From the NCBI GenBank assembly GCA_951406725.2, contig OX597819.1, forward strand, positions 131,068,001 through 131,132,000: DNA of 64,000 nucleotides. The letters run 5' to 3'. The position numbers and the translations under genes are program-made. Shown here one piece after another: positions 1-13,819 of the stretch (positions are counted from its first letter, which is position 1; each line of letters opens with the position of its first letter). The stretch is from Octopus vulgaris. Its lineage: Eukaryota. The notes under the pieces are model-generated. The model worked only from the letters and a program-made list of their open reading frames with translations, was not told where the DNA came from and did no database searches.

Positions 1-779
1 AAAAGTTCTTCAAAACCAACAAAATTACTTTTCTTTTTTTTTTTTTCTTTTTTTTAACTACATATTGTAGATATTGAATAAATGTTCATCATATAATCAT
101 GAGGATTTAAAAATCATATTTTATATTCTATATGCATGTTTGATGTGTCAGTCTTTTGTAGTGATGATTATATTTTAAAAAATATGCTTTTGTTGCAGAG
201 AAAATAGCATTATTGATCATTTTTTTTTCTATCTTCATCAGAACAAATTGCATCTTAATTTATGGGATTAACAGCAGTGTGAAAAGATTTGGGTTTTTTA
301 GATATTCTTTGTGCTCGCATAGGAGGCCAAAGGGGTTTCTGCAGCAAGTCAATAACAAAATTAGATTAGAAAAGTCACATCCACATACCAAATGACAAAT
401 AAATTTCATGAAATAATGCAAAACAATTGAACAGGTATGTCAAGCAACAAATGAATTTGTTGCAATCTTGTTTTACAAACATTTTCAGGATGGAAAAAGT
501 CGTTGGTTTACTGCTCTGGTTCCTTTTTATTTCGATTCATTTTTAAACTGTTTTAGTTTAGTCTTTGGAACCTGCATTATGAAATGTGGATAGGGTTCAG
601 ATCTCAATAAAACCAGAGGATTTGATTTTCTTTTGCTCCTTTCAGAGATATTGAATGGACTGGTTATAAATATTGTGGGTGTTAACCATCTATAAAATTT
701 CTTTATAAGGACAAAGGGGAAGCCTTAGAAATAATTATACGGAAATCAAATTTATAGGCCAAGGTTATGGAGAAAGTTA

Positions 780-1350
780 TAGCCCAGTTGATCAGTGATA
801 GGGGCCTGGATGAGAAGCAGCACCACATAAGCTGCTATATTTGACTTTTGTTTCAAAGAAAACCTTTTACAGGGTTATGACATTCAGTGGGCATTGAGGA
901 AATGATGAATGGCCTGTGGCAGGCAGTTTGAGCTATGTACAAGGTACAGCAAGTGATGGAGGTAGGTGTTGATCAAGGTTCAGTCCTCTGCTATTTTTCA
1001 TATGCCTTCAAGCTCTCCAGGGGGTCTTGATGTGCAGCTGGATCCCTATAGGAATTAGAAGAATTGGAAGTATGGAAGCTGAAATTGAGGAGACTTAAAG
1101 GTAAGCTTAACAATGACAAGTTTTAGTAGAAAGGAAATGGCCTTGCTTGATATGTGGAAAAACTGATGTAAGTTTGGAATTAAATGGACCACCTGGAAAT
1201 GTTTTGTGTGCAGTAGGGTCATATGAACTCAATGGAAGCTGAGTCTCCAGCCTAATAAATGTTACCAGCAGTGGGTGGTTGCTCTGACAAAGTAGTAGCT
1301 AGAGTGAGGACTGTTTGGAGAAAGTTCAGAGCTTCCGACTGCAGTGAGAC
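780..1350 (+). mobile_element. Highly decayed RTE-clade LINE reverse transcriptase fragment
   Basis: Residual motifs WALR, AMY, VGVDQGSVL (cf. GVHQGSVLSP) at about 962-990 and VVARVRTVWRKFR at about 1292-1330. Many stops and frameshifts. Confidence 0.55.
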
Positions 1351-2061
1351 ATGGTCTTTGAGTATGAGCATGTTGTGTATGTATGTCTGAGGCTGGCAGT
1401 TGTGTAGAGAAATTCTACTCATTAATGTGGCTAACACTAGCTGAATGATAACTGAGTTATTTTACTAAATTCTTTGTTATATTTAAAATAATTGAAAGAA
1501 ACACAGAGCATCTCAACAGAAATAGGGTAATGAAAGCTGACTTTGGGATCCTGAGCATGATGGAAAAGATGACAAAAAGACTGGGTTCTCTTGAGAAGAC
1601 CTCATTAGCAAAAGAAGTGCTCTCCACTTGCATTACAGTGATTCCTACCTCTCCCATGCATTAGGCCTGCCTCTCTCCACCATCTGCAAGCTACCCAATA
1701 ATCTCATCCATCTCTCTTGCCCTTCAGTCTCTTCTACATCTGCAGCTCCTTACTCGGTCATCCTTCAACCCTACCCATTTTAGCAGTATGCATCCCCTCA
1801 TTCTCCTTCCCATCCAATCTTGCAAATGAATTCAACTTACCTTGTACTTTGTGGGGCCATCTAAACACATCACTCTTATCTCTAGCAGTCCCTACGGTTC
1901 ATTTCCTTTTCTCCCCCACTCCTCTACTAGTTGGGTGCAGCCATCTGGGTCCTGTACTGCTGCCTTCCTCCAGTTCTCATCAATCTCCTTATCCTTTAGC
2001 ATGATGCTGGCCTACTCACCCCAGGGTTTATTCTCTGCACTACATGGTAACTTCAGTAATG

Positions 2062-2232
2062 CAGATGGCATGAAAAAGCATCCATTCCATGCTGTAAAGT
2101 GGTTGGCATTAAGAAAGGCGTCCAGCTGTAGAAATCCTGCCAAACCACTGGGACATGATGCTGTCCTTGAACACAATGGATCCTATCAAACCATCCGTCC
2201 ATGCCAATAAGGAACTGGATGTTAATGATGGA
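2062..2232 (+). mobile_element. Degenerate copy of RTE-type 3' tail repeat (family A)
   Basis: GTGGTTGGCATTAAGAAAGGCGTCCAGCTGTAGAAA core, ending in GATGTTAATGATG. Confidence 0.65.
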
Positions 2233-2751
2233 TATATACAGCCCATCAACTGAACATTGATTTCTTTGGGTTTTTTTCAACAAAGTAGGAGTGGCAGTGT
2301 GGTAAGTAGCTAGCTTACCAACCACATGGTTCTGGGTTCAGTCCCACTGTGTGGCACCTTGGGCAAGTGTCTTCTATAGCTTCGGGCCGACCATGTCTGT
2401 TGATCCAAAGTGTGTCAGTTGAATTGGATATTAGATGTTTAACAAGAACTTGGAAAACCATGAATCATTCTTCATTGCATTTCTACTGAACCCCACTCCT
2501 GCTTCAATCCCCTCACCCTTTAACATGAAGCTGACCCTACTCACTCACCCTCCTTCTATGCAGAACATATTGAGAGTAGCAGCTTATTTCATTCCAATGG
2601 ACAAGTCACTTGCTGCATTCCTGATGATGTAGGAACAAAGTCCATTTTCCATTTCCAGCATGGAATATGGTAAAAAGTTCAATTTTTCTTATATTTGGAT
2701 TTCCCTCTCGAGAGCTGCTTCAAAAAAGATACAAGGCATAATCAAAGAACT

Positions 2752-3133
2752 CTTACTCTTTTACTTGTTTCAGTCATTTGACTGCGGCCATGCTGGAGCA
2801 CCGCATTTAGTCAAGCAAATCGACCCCGGGACTTATTCTTTGTAAGCCTAGTACTTATTCTATCGGTCTCTTGCCGAACCGCTAAGTGACTGGGACATAA
2901 ACACACCACCATTGGTTGTCAAGCAATGCTAGGGGGACAAACACACACGCATACATATATATATACATATATACGACAGGCTTCTTTCAGTTTCCGTCTA
3001 CCAAATCCACTCACAAGGCATTGGTCGGTCTGGGGCTATATCAGAAGACACTTGCCCAAGATTCCACGCAGTGGGACTGAACCCGGAACCATGTGGTTGG
3101 TTAGCAAACTACTTACCACACAGCCACTCCTGC
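2752..3133 (-). mobile_element. tRNA-derived SINE family B, near full length
   Basis: Reverse complement of the copy at 50462. A/B-box head, internal (TA/TG) microsatellite, 3' end ..GACTGAAACAAGTAAAAGAGTAA. Partial 5' copies at 2283-2393 (+), 12515-12650 (+) and 63368-63503 (+). Confidence 0.85.
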
Positions 3134-4144
3134 ACCTATTTGTGAATAAATAATCAATTAAGCTTGGGTTGTTGGATTCATCTTGGCAATCTGAGGTGTC
3201 CTTGCAAAGTATATCCCTAAGATTGCCAAATGATAGGTTTCCAAAAATGGCCATGTGAGGAGTAATGGCTATCAGGCTGTCCCCAAAATGTCCGCATGAG
3301 GAGAAGTGGCCATCAGACTGTTGTAAAAGTGGCGACATAAAAACTGGGTATCTAACTAAAATGGTGCCAGTAATAAACTTATTACTAGAAGGCAGTGTGT
3401 AATATCCTATTACTTGAGGAAATATCCAAGGAGGGCTACATTTCATCATCGTTTTAACATTCACTTTTTTTCCATGCTGGTTTGTGTCAGCTGAACTTTC
3501 TACGACTGGGTGCCCTGCCTGCAGCCAACCCTCACCTGTTTCCAAGACAATATTACCAGTGACCAGGTGTATTTTCATGGATGACTGGAAACAAAAGGGC
3601 ATTGTTTACACGACAAAAGGACATTTGTTTACAACCATCACACAGAGTCAAGACAGTAACATACGCACACACACACACACACATATTCATACGATGGGTT
3701 TCTTTCAATTTCCTTCTACCAAGTCTAGGTCTTTAATAGGAAATTTTGCCTAAGATGACATGCAGTGGGACTGAACCCAAGACCATGTGATTGGGAAGCA
3801 AACGTTCTACCAAACAACTCTCACACCTACATTACCTTCTGTTTAATGTCTGCTCATGTAGAAATGCAGTCATCTCCCAAAAGGGAGCTGACAGTAAAAT
3901 TAGTTTCTTCCTAGTCTTTTTAATCCATTTGCTGTCTTGCTCCCCAAGTCCGTATATTTGACTGCTAGAAATAGCAGTTAAGTGATCCTGCTACTCCACA
4001 ACACACACACATACTCAACTCGGAGGAGAAAATACCTATCTTTGATCAGAGCTACACCAGTCACGATTTACTGTTTGAGTTTAGCTATCTTATACATCCA
4101 ACACGCTCTCTGCTAGAACAGAGAATTATCTTTGTCACAGTCTA

Positions 4145-4271
4145 CAGAGTGTCCACAAAGTCAAGGTACATGGGGATTAACACATACTTTAAGAAATTAT
4201 TATTTCTTATATTTAATTCTTTATATTATGATTTTATTTACTCCATGTACCCAAACTTTGTGGACACCCTG
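4145..4271. mobile_element. Tc1/mariner-type MITE (127 bp)
   Basis: Imperfect TIRs CAGAGTGTCCACAAAGT..GTACA / TGTAC..ACTTTGTGGACACCCTG, flanked by TA on both sides. Confidence 0.8.
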
Positions 4272-4357
4272 TACTCCAGTTAGTATACATTGATATTTGT
4301 AACCTTAGCTAATAAATTCTGCCTTATATACAACTAGTCATCTAGTTGTATAAGCTA

Positions 4358-4725
4358 CTAGCAGTATCGCCCGGGTTTGTAAGGGAAATAACTATATAAG
4401 CATTTTTAGAGAGTTGTAGCAAAAAAAATGCATTAAAAATGGAAAAGAAATGATGGTAAATTTTTTTTTAAATCGTTGACTCATCGTAGACATTTTTAGA
4501 GAGTTACTTCCCTTATATAATAGCGAAAAAATGCATTAAAATGGAAAAAAATTATGGTAAATTTTTTTTTAAATCGTAGACTCGTCGTAGACGCGCTAAT
4601 ACCCAGAAGGGCTCGATATGAATCACAACTATAAGGTTTGGTTAAACTGCACCGCAAAATGTGGGAGTAGTTAGGAATCTAAATCGTAGGAGACAGACAC
4701 ACAACTTGACTTTTATATATAAAGA
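4358..4725 (-). mobile_element. Non-autonomous Helitron
   Basis: Minus strand starts TC(TTTATATATAAAAG) and ends CTAG, inserted at A|T. Has an internal duplication of about 95-100 bp and a partly deleted subterminal hairpin. Second copy at 7920. Confidence 0.8.
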
Positions 4726-5478
4726 TTAATTCAGATGATTTCAATACCCTCACTGTTATGGTGAGAGAACCTGTGTGTGGTGATTTGATTCCAAGGGGAA
4801 AGGTTGCATTGGATAACGTTCAGTAAAACAAAAAGTTTGCTACCTCCCTACCACAATCCCCTCTTTTTCATGACCAATGCAAAAAAGGTAATTTATCATT
4901 ATCCCTGTGACTGCCTCCCTCTGTACTAGACTTATTTTTAATTTGCATGTAGCAAATGTCACGGCTAACAGCTGTGTAAACAAGATCAGCTTGTTTTGTC
5001 CATTTAGTTACTATATAACATCTTGTTGCGGTACCAGCTGGGATTAAAAACTATTCTAACATAATAATTCTTGTTTGTGATGACATGGAAGTTATTCAAG
5101 CTTTAACCATTATAATTATGATCGAGAAAATTTAGCTGCTATTTTTGGAAGGTTGAGCAGCGGTCGGTAACCTCAGTTTTTTAACTCCAAGGGGTTCCAA
5201 CCACAATGGCCTTATCTCTGTTAAGCAATGTTCTTTTTTTGTTGAAGTTAATAAAGTGCATTTGAGAAAATTTGGCTGCTCTTTCAAGCAAATAGAGGCT
5301 CCTCTGTTTACTTATGTAGACCGATTTTAGAAGAAATTTTTATTGTTTATGCTTAAATTGTTGGGAAAATTTTGCAATCGAAAGTATTTGCCCATCAATG
5401 GGTGATCAGTGTTATTGACTTTAAACAATAGAAGAGGAATTGTAGCATTCATGCCTTTCTTTATATACATTTATGGAA

Positions 5479-5803
5479 CATCATCATCATCATCGTTTAA
5501 CGTCCGCTTTCCATGCTAGCATGGGTTGGACGGTTTGACTGAGGGCTGGCAAACCAGAGGGCTGCACCAGGCTTCAATCTTGATCTGGCAGAGTTTCTAC
5601 AGCTGGATGCCCTTCCTAATGCCAACCACTCCAAGAGTGTAGTGAGTGCTTTTACGGGCCACCAGGGGGGCCAGTCAGGCGGTACTGGCAATGACCTCGC
5701 TCAAATCTTTTACACATGCCACCGGCACAGGTGCCAGTAAGGCGATGCTGGTAACGATCATACTCGAATGGTGTCTTTTACATGCCACCGGCATGGAGGC
5801 CAG
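5479..5803 (-). mobile_element. RTE-type 3' tail repeat (family A), 5'-truncated
   Basis: (GAT)n tail, conserved GGAAGGGCATCCAGCTGTAGAAAC core, and upstream tandem GTGCCGGTGGCAC units. Confidence 0.85.
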
Positions 5804-6065
5804 AATTTGATTAGGAATTATATCTAAACTATGGCGTTACAGTATCATCACTATGAATCCCCTTTCTTCACTGAGCTCATCTCTACAAGGAGCTCCTCAT
5901 AGTGTTTAAAATTTGGTGAGGAAGCAAGAGAGATTATAAACTGGTGGATCAATTGAGGTTTTGGAAAATATGCAAAAATGCCGCATGGGGTGGGCTCTGG
6001 CCTTTAGACATGTTTGTCTCATTGGATCTCAACAGAGCATATATTTCTCAACTGGCAAAAGAAGA

Positions 6066-6160
6066 GTATATATATATATAGTATTTAATGTGTATGTGTA
6101 TATATATATATATAGTATTTAATGTGTATGTGTATATATATATATATAGTATTTAATGTG

Positions 6161-6201
<41 letters not shown>

Positions 6202-6205
6202 TTTA

Positions 6206-6241
<36 letters not shown>

Positions 6242-6401
6242 TTTAATGTGTATGTGTATATATATATATTTATATATATAGTATTTAATGTGTATATATA
6301 TATATATATATATATAGTATTTAATGTGTATGTGTATATATATATATATAGTATTTAATGTGTATGTGTATATATATATATTTTTATATATAGTATTTAA
6401 T

Positions 6402-6440
<39 letters not shown>

Positions 6441-6978
6441 TTTAATGTGTATGTGTATATATATATATATAGTATTTAATGTGTATGTGTATATATATAT
6501 ATTTATATATATAGTATTTAATGTGTATATATATATATATATATATAGTATTTAATGTGTATGTGTATATATATATATTTATATATATAGTATTTAATGT
6601 GTATGTGTATATATATATATATAGTATTTAATGTGTATGTATATATATATATATATAGTATTTAATGTGTATGTGTATATATATATATATAGTATTTAAT
6701 GTGTATGTGTATATACATATATATATATATATATAGTATTTAATGTGTATGTGTGTATATATATATATATAGTATTTAATGTGTATGTGTGTATATATAT
6801 ATATATATATAGTATTTAATGTGTATGTGTATATATATATATTTATATATATAGTATTTAATGTGTATGTATATATATATATATATATATATATAGGATT
6901 TAATGTGTATGTGTATATATATATATAGTATTTAATGTGTATGTGTATATATATATATATTTATATATATAGTATTTA

Positions 6979-7014
<36 letters not shown>

Positions 7015-7338
7015 TTTAATGTGTATGTGTATATATATATATTTATATATATAGTATTTAATGTGTATGTGTATATATATATATATAGTATTTAATGTGT
7101 ATGTGTATATATATATATATATAGTATTTAATGTGTATGTGTATATATATATATATAGTATTTAATGTGTATGTGTATATATATATATATAGTATTTAAT
7201 GTGTATGTGTATATACATATATATATATATATATAGTATTTAATGTGTATGTGTATATATATATATAGTATTTAATGTGTATGTGTATATATATATATAT
7301 AGTATTTAATGTGTATATATATATATATATATATATAT
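6066..7338. repeat. Minisatellite AGTATTTAATGTGTATGTG(TA)n with variable (TA)n length
   Basis: Direct reading: roughly 30 tandem units. Confidence 0.95.
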
Positions 7339-7567
7339 TTCTTTACTGCCCAGAAGGGGCTAAACATAGAGGGGACAAACAAGGACAGACGAAGGAATTG
7401 AGTCGATTATATCAACCCCAGTACGAAACTGGTACTTTATTTATCGACCCCGAAAGGATGAAAGGCAAAGGCAACCTCGGTGGAATTTGAACTCAGAACG
7501 TAACAACAGACAAAAATACCGCTAAGCATGTCGCCCGGCGTGCTAACATGTCTGCTAGCTCGCCACA
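7336..7567 (-). mobile_element. tRNA-derived SINE family C
   Basis: B-box GAGTTCAAATTCC, central GCCTTTCATCCTTTCGGGGTCGATAAA domain, 3' end GTAAAGAAATA. Near-identical copies at 11569, 21256 and 26210. Confidence 0.85.
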
Positions 7568-7873
7568 AGGAAGGATGAACCCAACATAGGGTCAACCACT
7601 AGCATTTGTATAGGGATAGACATATCAATCACAGTGAATGAGTGTCTCACAAGAGTGAGTGTCAGGAGTGTTGAACCCTTAGTCCTTGTCAGATGTAAAA
7701 CCTGAGGATAGTTTAGCAGGGTTTTTTTTTCAGATATGCTGAGCCACCATGAAGAAAGTTTTAATATTTGGAAACTGTGTGCAGTTCTTCACATACTTCA
7801 TCATCATCATCATCATCAATCACAATAATCAAGGAAACTTCTTGGCATACATATACATACACAATAAATACTA

Positions 7874-7919
<46 letters not shown>

Positions 7920-7920
<1 letters not shown>

Positions 7921-8206
7921 TAGCAGTATCGCCCGGCGTTGCTCGGGTTTGTAAAGGAAATAACTATATAAGCATTTTTAGAGAGTTATTTCTCTTATAT
8001 AATAGCAAAAAAAGTGCATTAAAAATGGAAAAAAATTATGGTAAATTTTTTTTTTAATCGTAGACTCATCGTAGATGCGCGCTAATACCCAGAAGGGCTC
8101 GATATGAATCACGACTATAAGATACCCGCTTTTGGTTAAACTGCACCGCAAAATGTGGGAGTAGTTAGGAATCTAAATCGTAGGAGACAGACACCACACA
8201 ACTTCA

Positions 8207-8215
<9 letters not shown>
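7920..8215 (-). mobile_element. Non-autonomous Helitron, same family as 4358-4725
   Basis: 3' end CCCGAGCAACGCCGGG hairpin followed by CTAG on the minus strand. Embedded in (TA)n. Confidence 0.8.
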
Positions 8216-8229
<14 letters not shown>

Positions 8230-8247
<18 letters not shown>

Positions 8248-8600
8248 TCTTCTTTTGCCACTATGTATAGCAAAATTTCTGTAGTGAACACAATTGAATG
8301 TACAGATTCTGCCAACTGGAAGGATGTGATTTCAAACCATCAGGTAGACAGCTTGAGAACATTGTCGTTTCTTTTCTAACCTATGGCAATGGAGATATTT
8401 GGCAGCATCTTGAGTGGCTGAGCAACTCTTTACAGATGATCTTGAACTGGTGGTAGAAAGCTTGCCAAATTCTGGATTAGAACCAGCAACCTCATGTCGC
8501 ATATGGATGTCCTCTCTTTGTGCGGTTCCATAGTAACATCCAAGAAATTTACTACTTTCCCAAAGTAGTTATACTTCGACAAGCAGTATTGTGTATTTGT
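8230..8600 (-). mobile_element. Decayed Penelope-like RT fragment
   Basis: Minus-strand KVVNFLDVTM at about 8530-8559 matches the Penelope RT FLD motif. The remainder is degenerate. Confidence 0.45.
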
Positions 8601-8959
8601 TTCTTTTTAGATCTCATATTTGTTATTGATCGAATATAAGAATTATATTGATCTAATATAATAATGAAGCTGTATCCCTTAATTGGCTGCTTTTGAATAC
8701 AGGTACTGAGAAGAAATATTGCTGAACAGACATTATTTTAACGAGATACATCTTGTAATCACCTGAAGAGACACATATACACCGACAGATGTACTTAAGC
8801 CAGATGATGTTCAGCATCAATGTTCAGTATCAATGCTAGATGGGTCAAAGCAGTCGTAGTGATCAATAAACTTTCTCATATCTTCCATCTTCTGTCTCAT
8901 TAATCAAATATTTAAAACAAAACAGTATGTTGGAAAATTCTGACATATTTATCCAACAT

Positions 8960-9146
8960 GTACAACTTTGTGACAGAATGTGACAAGGCTGGCTCTTTGA
9001 AATACAAGTACCACTTCTTTTTGCCAGCTGAGTGGAGAAGAACAACAGAAGAATAAAGTGCAAGGACACAATGCATTGCCAGGAATTGAACTCACAACCT
9101 TAGGATCGTGGACCGAATATCCCAACCACTGAGCCATGTGCCTTCA
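8960..9146 (-). mobile_element. tRNA-derived SINE family D, partial
   Basis: Head TGGCTCAGTGGTT..GAGTTCAATTCC and CTCCACTCAGCTGGCAAAAA are shared with the copies at 37436 and 50881. Confidence 0.7.
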
Positions 9147-9157
9147 TATATATATAT

Positions 9158-9315
9158 ACTCTTTTACTTGTTTCAGTTATTTTGACTGTGGCCGTGCTGG
9201 AGCACCGCCTTTAGTCAAGCAAATCGACCCCAGGACTTATTCTTTGTAAGCCTTGTACTTATTCTATCAGTCTCTTTTGCCGAACTGCTAAGTTACGGGG
9301 ACGTAAACACACCAG
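9158..9315 (-). mobile_element. SINE family B, 3' part
   Basis: Matches 2752-2910. Confidence 0.8.
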
Positions 9316-10129
9316 ATTATGAATGGTTAGAGCGTGACAGAGAGACAGAAACAGGTGTCTTTCTGTGGAGGAGATACATGGTTACCTGGTGAGAGAGAGA
9401 GAGAGGGGTGGGCAAGAGGGAGCTGGAGAAAGATGGTGGCAAAGTGCTTGGACATACTCAGAAGGAATGGGGATCAAAATGTAAATAGGATGATAGAGTA
9501 GAGCAAGAGAGAAATAGATGGTGAAGTGCCAGGGCTTAGTCTCAAGGTCCAGGGTCAGATTATAAATGGTAAGGTGTTGCCAAAGATGCCTGACTAGGAA
9601 GTAGAGACTTCACATGAAGTGTGGGGTTGGGAAATGCAGTCACTTGTGAAACCCGGGTATACAGAGGGGGGTGGAGGACAACAGGACAGCAAGGACAGGA
9701 TTGGTGCAGTCTTATTTCACACCAGTTTGTAAGTCAACCAATCATGGCCTTCGGATAAGGTCCCACGACACAGTCTTTTTGGGGTTTCACTGGAGCCCAC
9801 CTCAGGTTATAAAAGGCACCAGCAAATCACTAGCACCCATACTTTATCTTATTGTACACATCTGTAAATAAAGTCTTCTCTCTCAAACAGCAGAACGGTT
9901 GTCGTCCTCATTATTCCTTTTGGCACTTATTCTTTTTATACCTTGTATTTTGGCTTCTTCTTTTGTGGGACGACCGTGCGGCGTTTAAAAGGAGACATTT
10001 CTGTCACCAACTCCTTACGTACGGTCATTTTCCCTACAAGGTAATCCAACACTTCCTTACCAAAAAGATTGCCCTGGTGCACAAAGGAGCTATTGGGAGA
10101 AGCTAAAAGAACTGACTCTCCTTCATATT

Positions 10130-10560
10130 GAAGAAATCAAAAGATGTACAGTGATACATCTATGGAGGGTCCTAGAGGGTTGAGCACCTAACTTTGGAAA
10201 TGAATGCTATATCAAACTCTGAACTGGATGCCACTGCATAGTAGCAAAGACCCCCACCCTTTCCATTTAGAGTAAGGACCCAGTACAGTAACAGCTTAGG
10301 GTTCTGTTCAGTTTCTTAGCAACAGGCCTCAGAAACCTGTAAGGTGTAAATTTGGATGTCTTCAAAGAACATTTAGACAAATTTTTGTCTGAAAAACAGC
10401 AAGAAACCCGAAAAAGAGGCAGCCTTGTCCAACTGACCACTTCACCAGAACCAAACGTGGAGAGAGGAGCAGCGAAGGGAGTTGAAATAAACTTGCAATC
10501 ACACTAATGGCAGTGCTCTAGAATGGCCACATCGCTTGGCTGGAACAAATAAAAGTGTGC
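10130..10560 (+). mobile_element. Decayed CR1-like LINE 3' end
   Basis: Residual WRVLEG and DVFKEHLDKFL motifs of the ORF2 C-terminus. Confidence 0.45.
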
Positions 10561-11399
10561 TATATATGTGGAAGAATGTGATTAATGATGTGTGTAAAGA
10601 TTGCGAAGGCATATTGTTTTGCTGTGTAGTTTGCTACTTCTCCGGGTGATTACACAGAGGCTGCCTTCATCTGCTCTTCTCTGCTCCATTTGTGGAGTCT
10701 ATAGTGAAATGTTTTATGGAAATATTGGCAGTGAATGGCTGACGTTGGCTGAGAGAATTAGTTGATGGTATGGCAGTTGATTGGAACACATTTTCTTTAC
10801 TTGATGGAATTTGAATATGGTAGGAAATATGCTGAAGTGCTGATATGGTACTGCATTGAATAGAACACAGTATGCATTGTTGAATATCGGAAGTGATGTG
10901 GAGTATTTTTGTGTGTATTTCGACTGTCATTGTTTGTTGTATTGTGTGATGTTCTTCTCAGGTTATTTTATTATTCCCACTGCAATCCTATTACAACAAT
11001 CATGCCAACCAGAGGGGTTTTATGCAATCACTTGCTATGCTAGAAATAGAAGTCAAATCCTTCTGAAGTCATCATATATCCTACAAAAAAAAAAGGAAGG
11101 TCACAGTAGATGGACTACATTTAAAAAAAAAAAGAAAGGTAAAATGGAAAATGATTGTCAGAGTTAGAAATCTTTTGATCTGTCTTCCCCAGATCGGAAA
11201 GCTGATCTAGTGCTTTGCACCAGATCAGCAACTTTTTATAGGAGCCAACAAAAGAGCCTCTATGTTGTTGCTAGGCTGAATTGAAAAAATAGTGGTTGAA
11301 TATTCCTAAAATTACAACATGCAGTTTTAAAGGAATGATACATTGGATAATGTGTATTCAAAAAATATTGGTTTCAAATTTTGGTACAAGGTCAGCAAG

Positions 11400-11800
11400 T
11401 TCCAGGTAGGAGGTAAGTCATTTACATTGACCCCAGCATTCAACTGGTACTTCTTTTGTCAACCCCTGAAAGGATAAAAAGCAAAGCCAATCTCGACAGA
11501 ATTTGAACTCAGAACATAAAGATGGATGAAATGCCACCCTGCATTTTACCCAGTATGCCAATGGTTCTTATTTCTTTACTACCCACAATGGGCTAAGCAT
11601 AGAGGGGACAAACAAGGACAGACAAAGGAGTTAAATCGATTACATCGACCCCAGTGCATTACTGGTACTTAATTTATCGACCCCGAAAGGATGAAAGGCA
11701 AAGTCGACATTGGCGGAATTTGAACTCAGAACGTAAAGACAAGATGAAATACTGCTAAGCATTTTGCCCGGCGTGCAACCGATTCTGCCAACTTGCTGCC
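11400..11800 (-). mobile_element. SINE family C, young copy (11569-11800) next to an older copy (11400-11565)
   Basis: Sequence identity to 7336-7567. Confidence 0.8.
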
Positions 11801-12684
11801 TTGTATTTATAAAAAAAAAAACCAAGACAGAATTGTCATAGCTTGGATAACTTTTGATTATAGGGTTCGTCTGATTAGTGCTGATCTGGGGCAAAATATC
11901 ATTATGAACAATATTGCTGTTTCAATGGAGGGCGTCTGTACAAAGCCACTTGGTATGCTAGAGATAGTAGCCAAGCATTAGCTTAAATTACTCGACCATC
12001 TTAACAAAAACTGAACATTGTACGATGTAGTCTGTGATATATGCAAATATGAGATGAAAGCCAAAGTTGACCATGGAAGAATGTGGAAGATGTTCTGAAA
12101 GCAAAGAGCAAGGTGGAGCCATCAACACAAAATATTTGTTCACCAGTCTAATAATTCTGCCAGTTGCAGGCATGGCTGTGTGGTTTGGAAACTTGCTTCT
12201 CTGCCACATGGTTTCAGATTCAGTCTCATACATGACACTTTGGGAAAGTGTCTTCTGCTAGAGCTTCAGGTTGTCCAAAGCCTTGTGAAGGAATTCGGTC
12301 GGTGGAAGTTCCCATCGAGTGTATAGATGGATATGAAAATGGCTGTGCCTCCTTTAATAGATAGGAAGGAAAATAAATGAACTTAAAGCAAGATATTGCC
12401 AGTATTTGTTGACTGAGGAGGGAAAATACAAATCAATCCATGGGTAACTTTAAACTAAAGAAATTACAGAAATTAAAAAAGATTTTAAAAAAAAATATGT
12501 AAAAAGAAAAATACAGGCTGGGCTGAGTGGTTGAGAGGCTCACTTTCCAATTACATAGTTTCAGGTTCAATTCCACTGCACAGCACCTTGGGCAAGCCGG
12601 CCAATATCATGTGAGTGAATTTGGTAAATGGAAACTGTGTGGCAGCACATCATGTAAGTATATATATATATATATATATATATA

Positions 12685-13288
12685 AACTTAGATATGTTTC
12701 GACCAAAGATTGGTCCAGGCAATGTCTAACTTAATAGCACCACCTGATAGGATTATTCGAATCCTGTTTAAGTCAAGTTTTGTTTATGGTCCATTCAAGT
12801 AGTGAGTTTTTGTTGGGTGAGTTGTATCCAATTATGGGTGGCTTATCTGGTATTCTTTGAAGGAATCTATCCAGACTCCGTTTAAAGTTGATGGGATCCT
12901 TTTCCTCTTTGATCTCTTTCGGGACAATGTTAAATAGGGCAGGGCCTGTTGAGGAAAAGAAATTATGTTGCAGTGTACATGTATGCTGTGATCTTGAATT
13001 GGGCAGGGGACGTATGGCCTGTGGTCCCAGTCTTGGATGAACCTTGAAACTAATGTTCAGGTCGTTTGGGCAAAGTTGGCGGTATATTCTCCACATCGTA
13101 CAAATGATGTACCGCTCACAGCGACACTGGAGAGAGTAGAGTTTCAAGGCTTTAAGGCAATCCCAATATTCGAGAGCAGCCATGCCTTCAATTCGTTTAG
13201 TGAGAGCCCTCTGGGGTGATTCAATCCTCGAGCTGTTTTGTCTTGTATGGGGAGACCACAGTGGGCAGCAGTATTTGAGGTGTGGCCG
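12685..13288 (-). mobile_element. 5'-truncated CR1-like LINE (ORF2 C-terminus and 3' UTR)
   Basis: [58 protein letters not shown]. Shares its 3' UTR with 24094-24883. (TA)n on both sides. Confidence 0.85.
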
Positions 13289-13319
13289 TATATATATATA
13301 TTATATCTATATCTATATC

Positions 13320-13356
<37 letters not shown>

Positions 13357-13398
13357 CTACAGTAGCATCCACCCTTAGGGGTAGCCATATTGAAATGG

Positions 13399-13437
<39 letters not shown>

Positions 13438-13618
13438 ATATAAAAGGGTTAAATTATCCTCTCAGATACTCAATTATCTCATAAAATGGTATTGATGCAG
13501 GCTATCTGCAACATTCGAATTACATAGTACTCAAGTATAAGTAGATATTGGTACTTGTTTGTTGGAATAGGTCCTTGTTCCTATTCAGACCTGCAAACAT
13601 TCTGTAGAGTCTACAATT

Positions 13619-13738
13619 GAAAATGAAGAGGAGAGTGGAGATTTATTCACATCCAAAACTTTTTATTAAAAATATGTAGAAAACATTTTAGATAAAAAGT
13701 TTTGGATGTGAATAAGTCTCCACTCTCCTCTTCATTTT
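13619..13738. repeat. Fold-back, about 45-bp inverted repeat
   Basis: GAAAATGAAGAGGAGAGTGGAGATTTATTCACATCCAAAACTTTT versus its reverse complement at 13694-13738. Confidence 0.85.
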
Positions 13739-13741
13739 CTG

Positions 13742-13787
<46 letters not shown>

Positions 13788-13819
13788 AGTCCAACTATAT
13801 ATATATATATATATATGTA

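Noticed and set aside
3150-3430. Possible Tc1-like transposase remnant (LLQQSDG..FGNLRD)
   Set aside because: Motifs are too degenerate to support a call.
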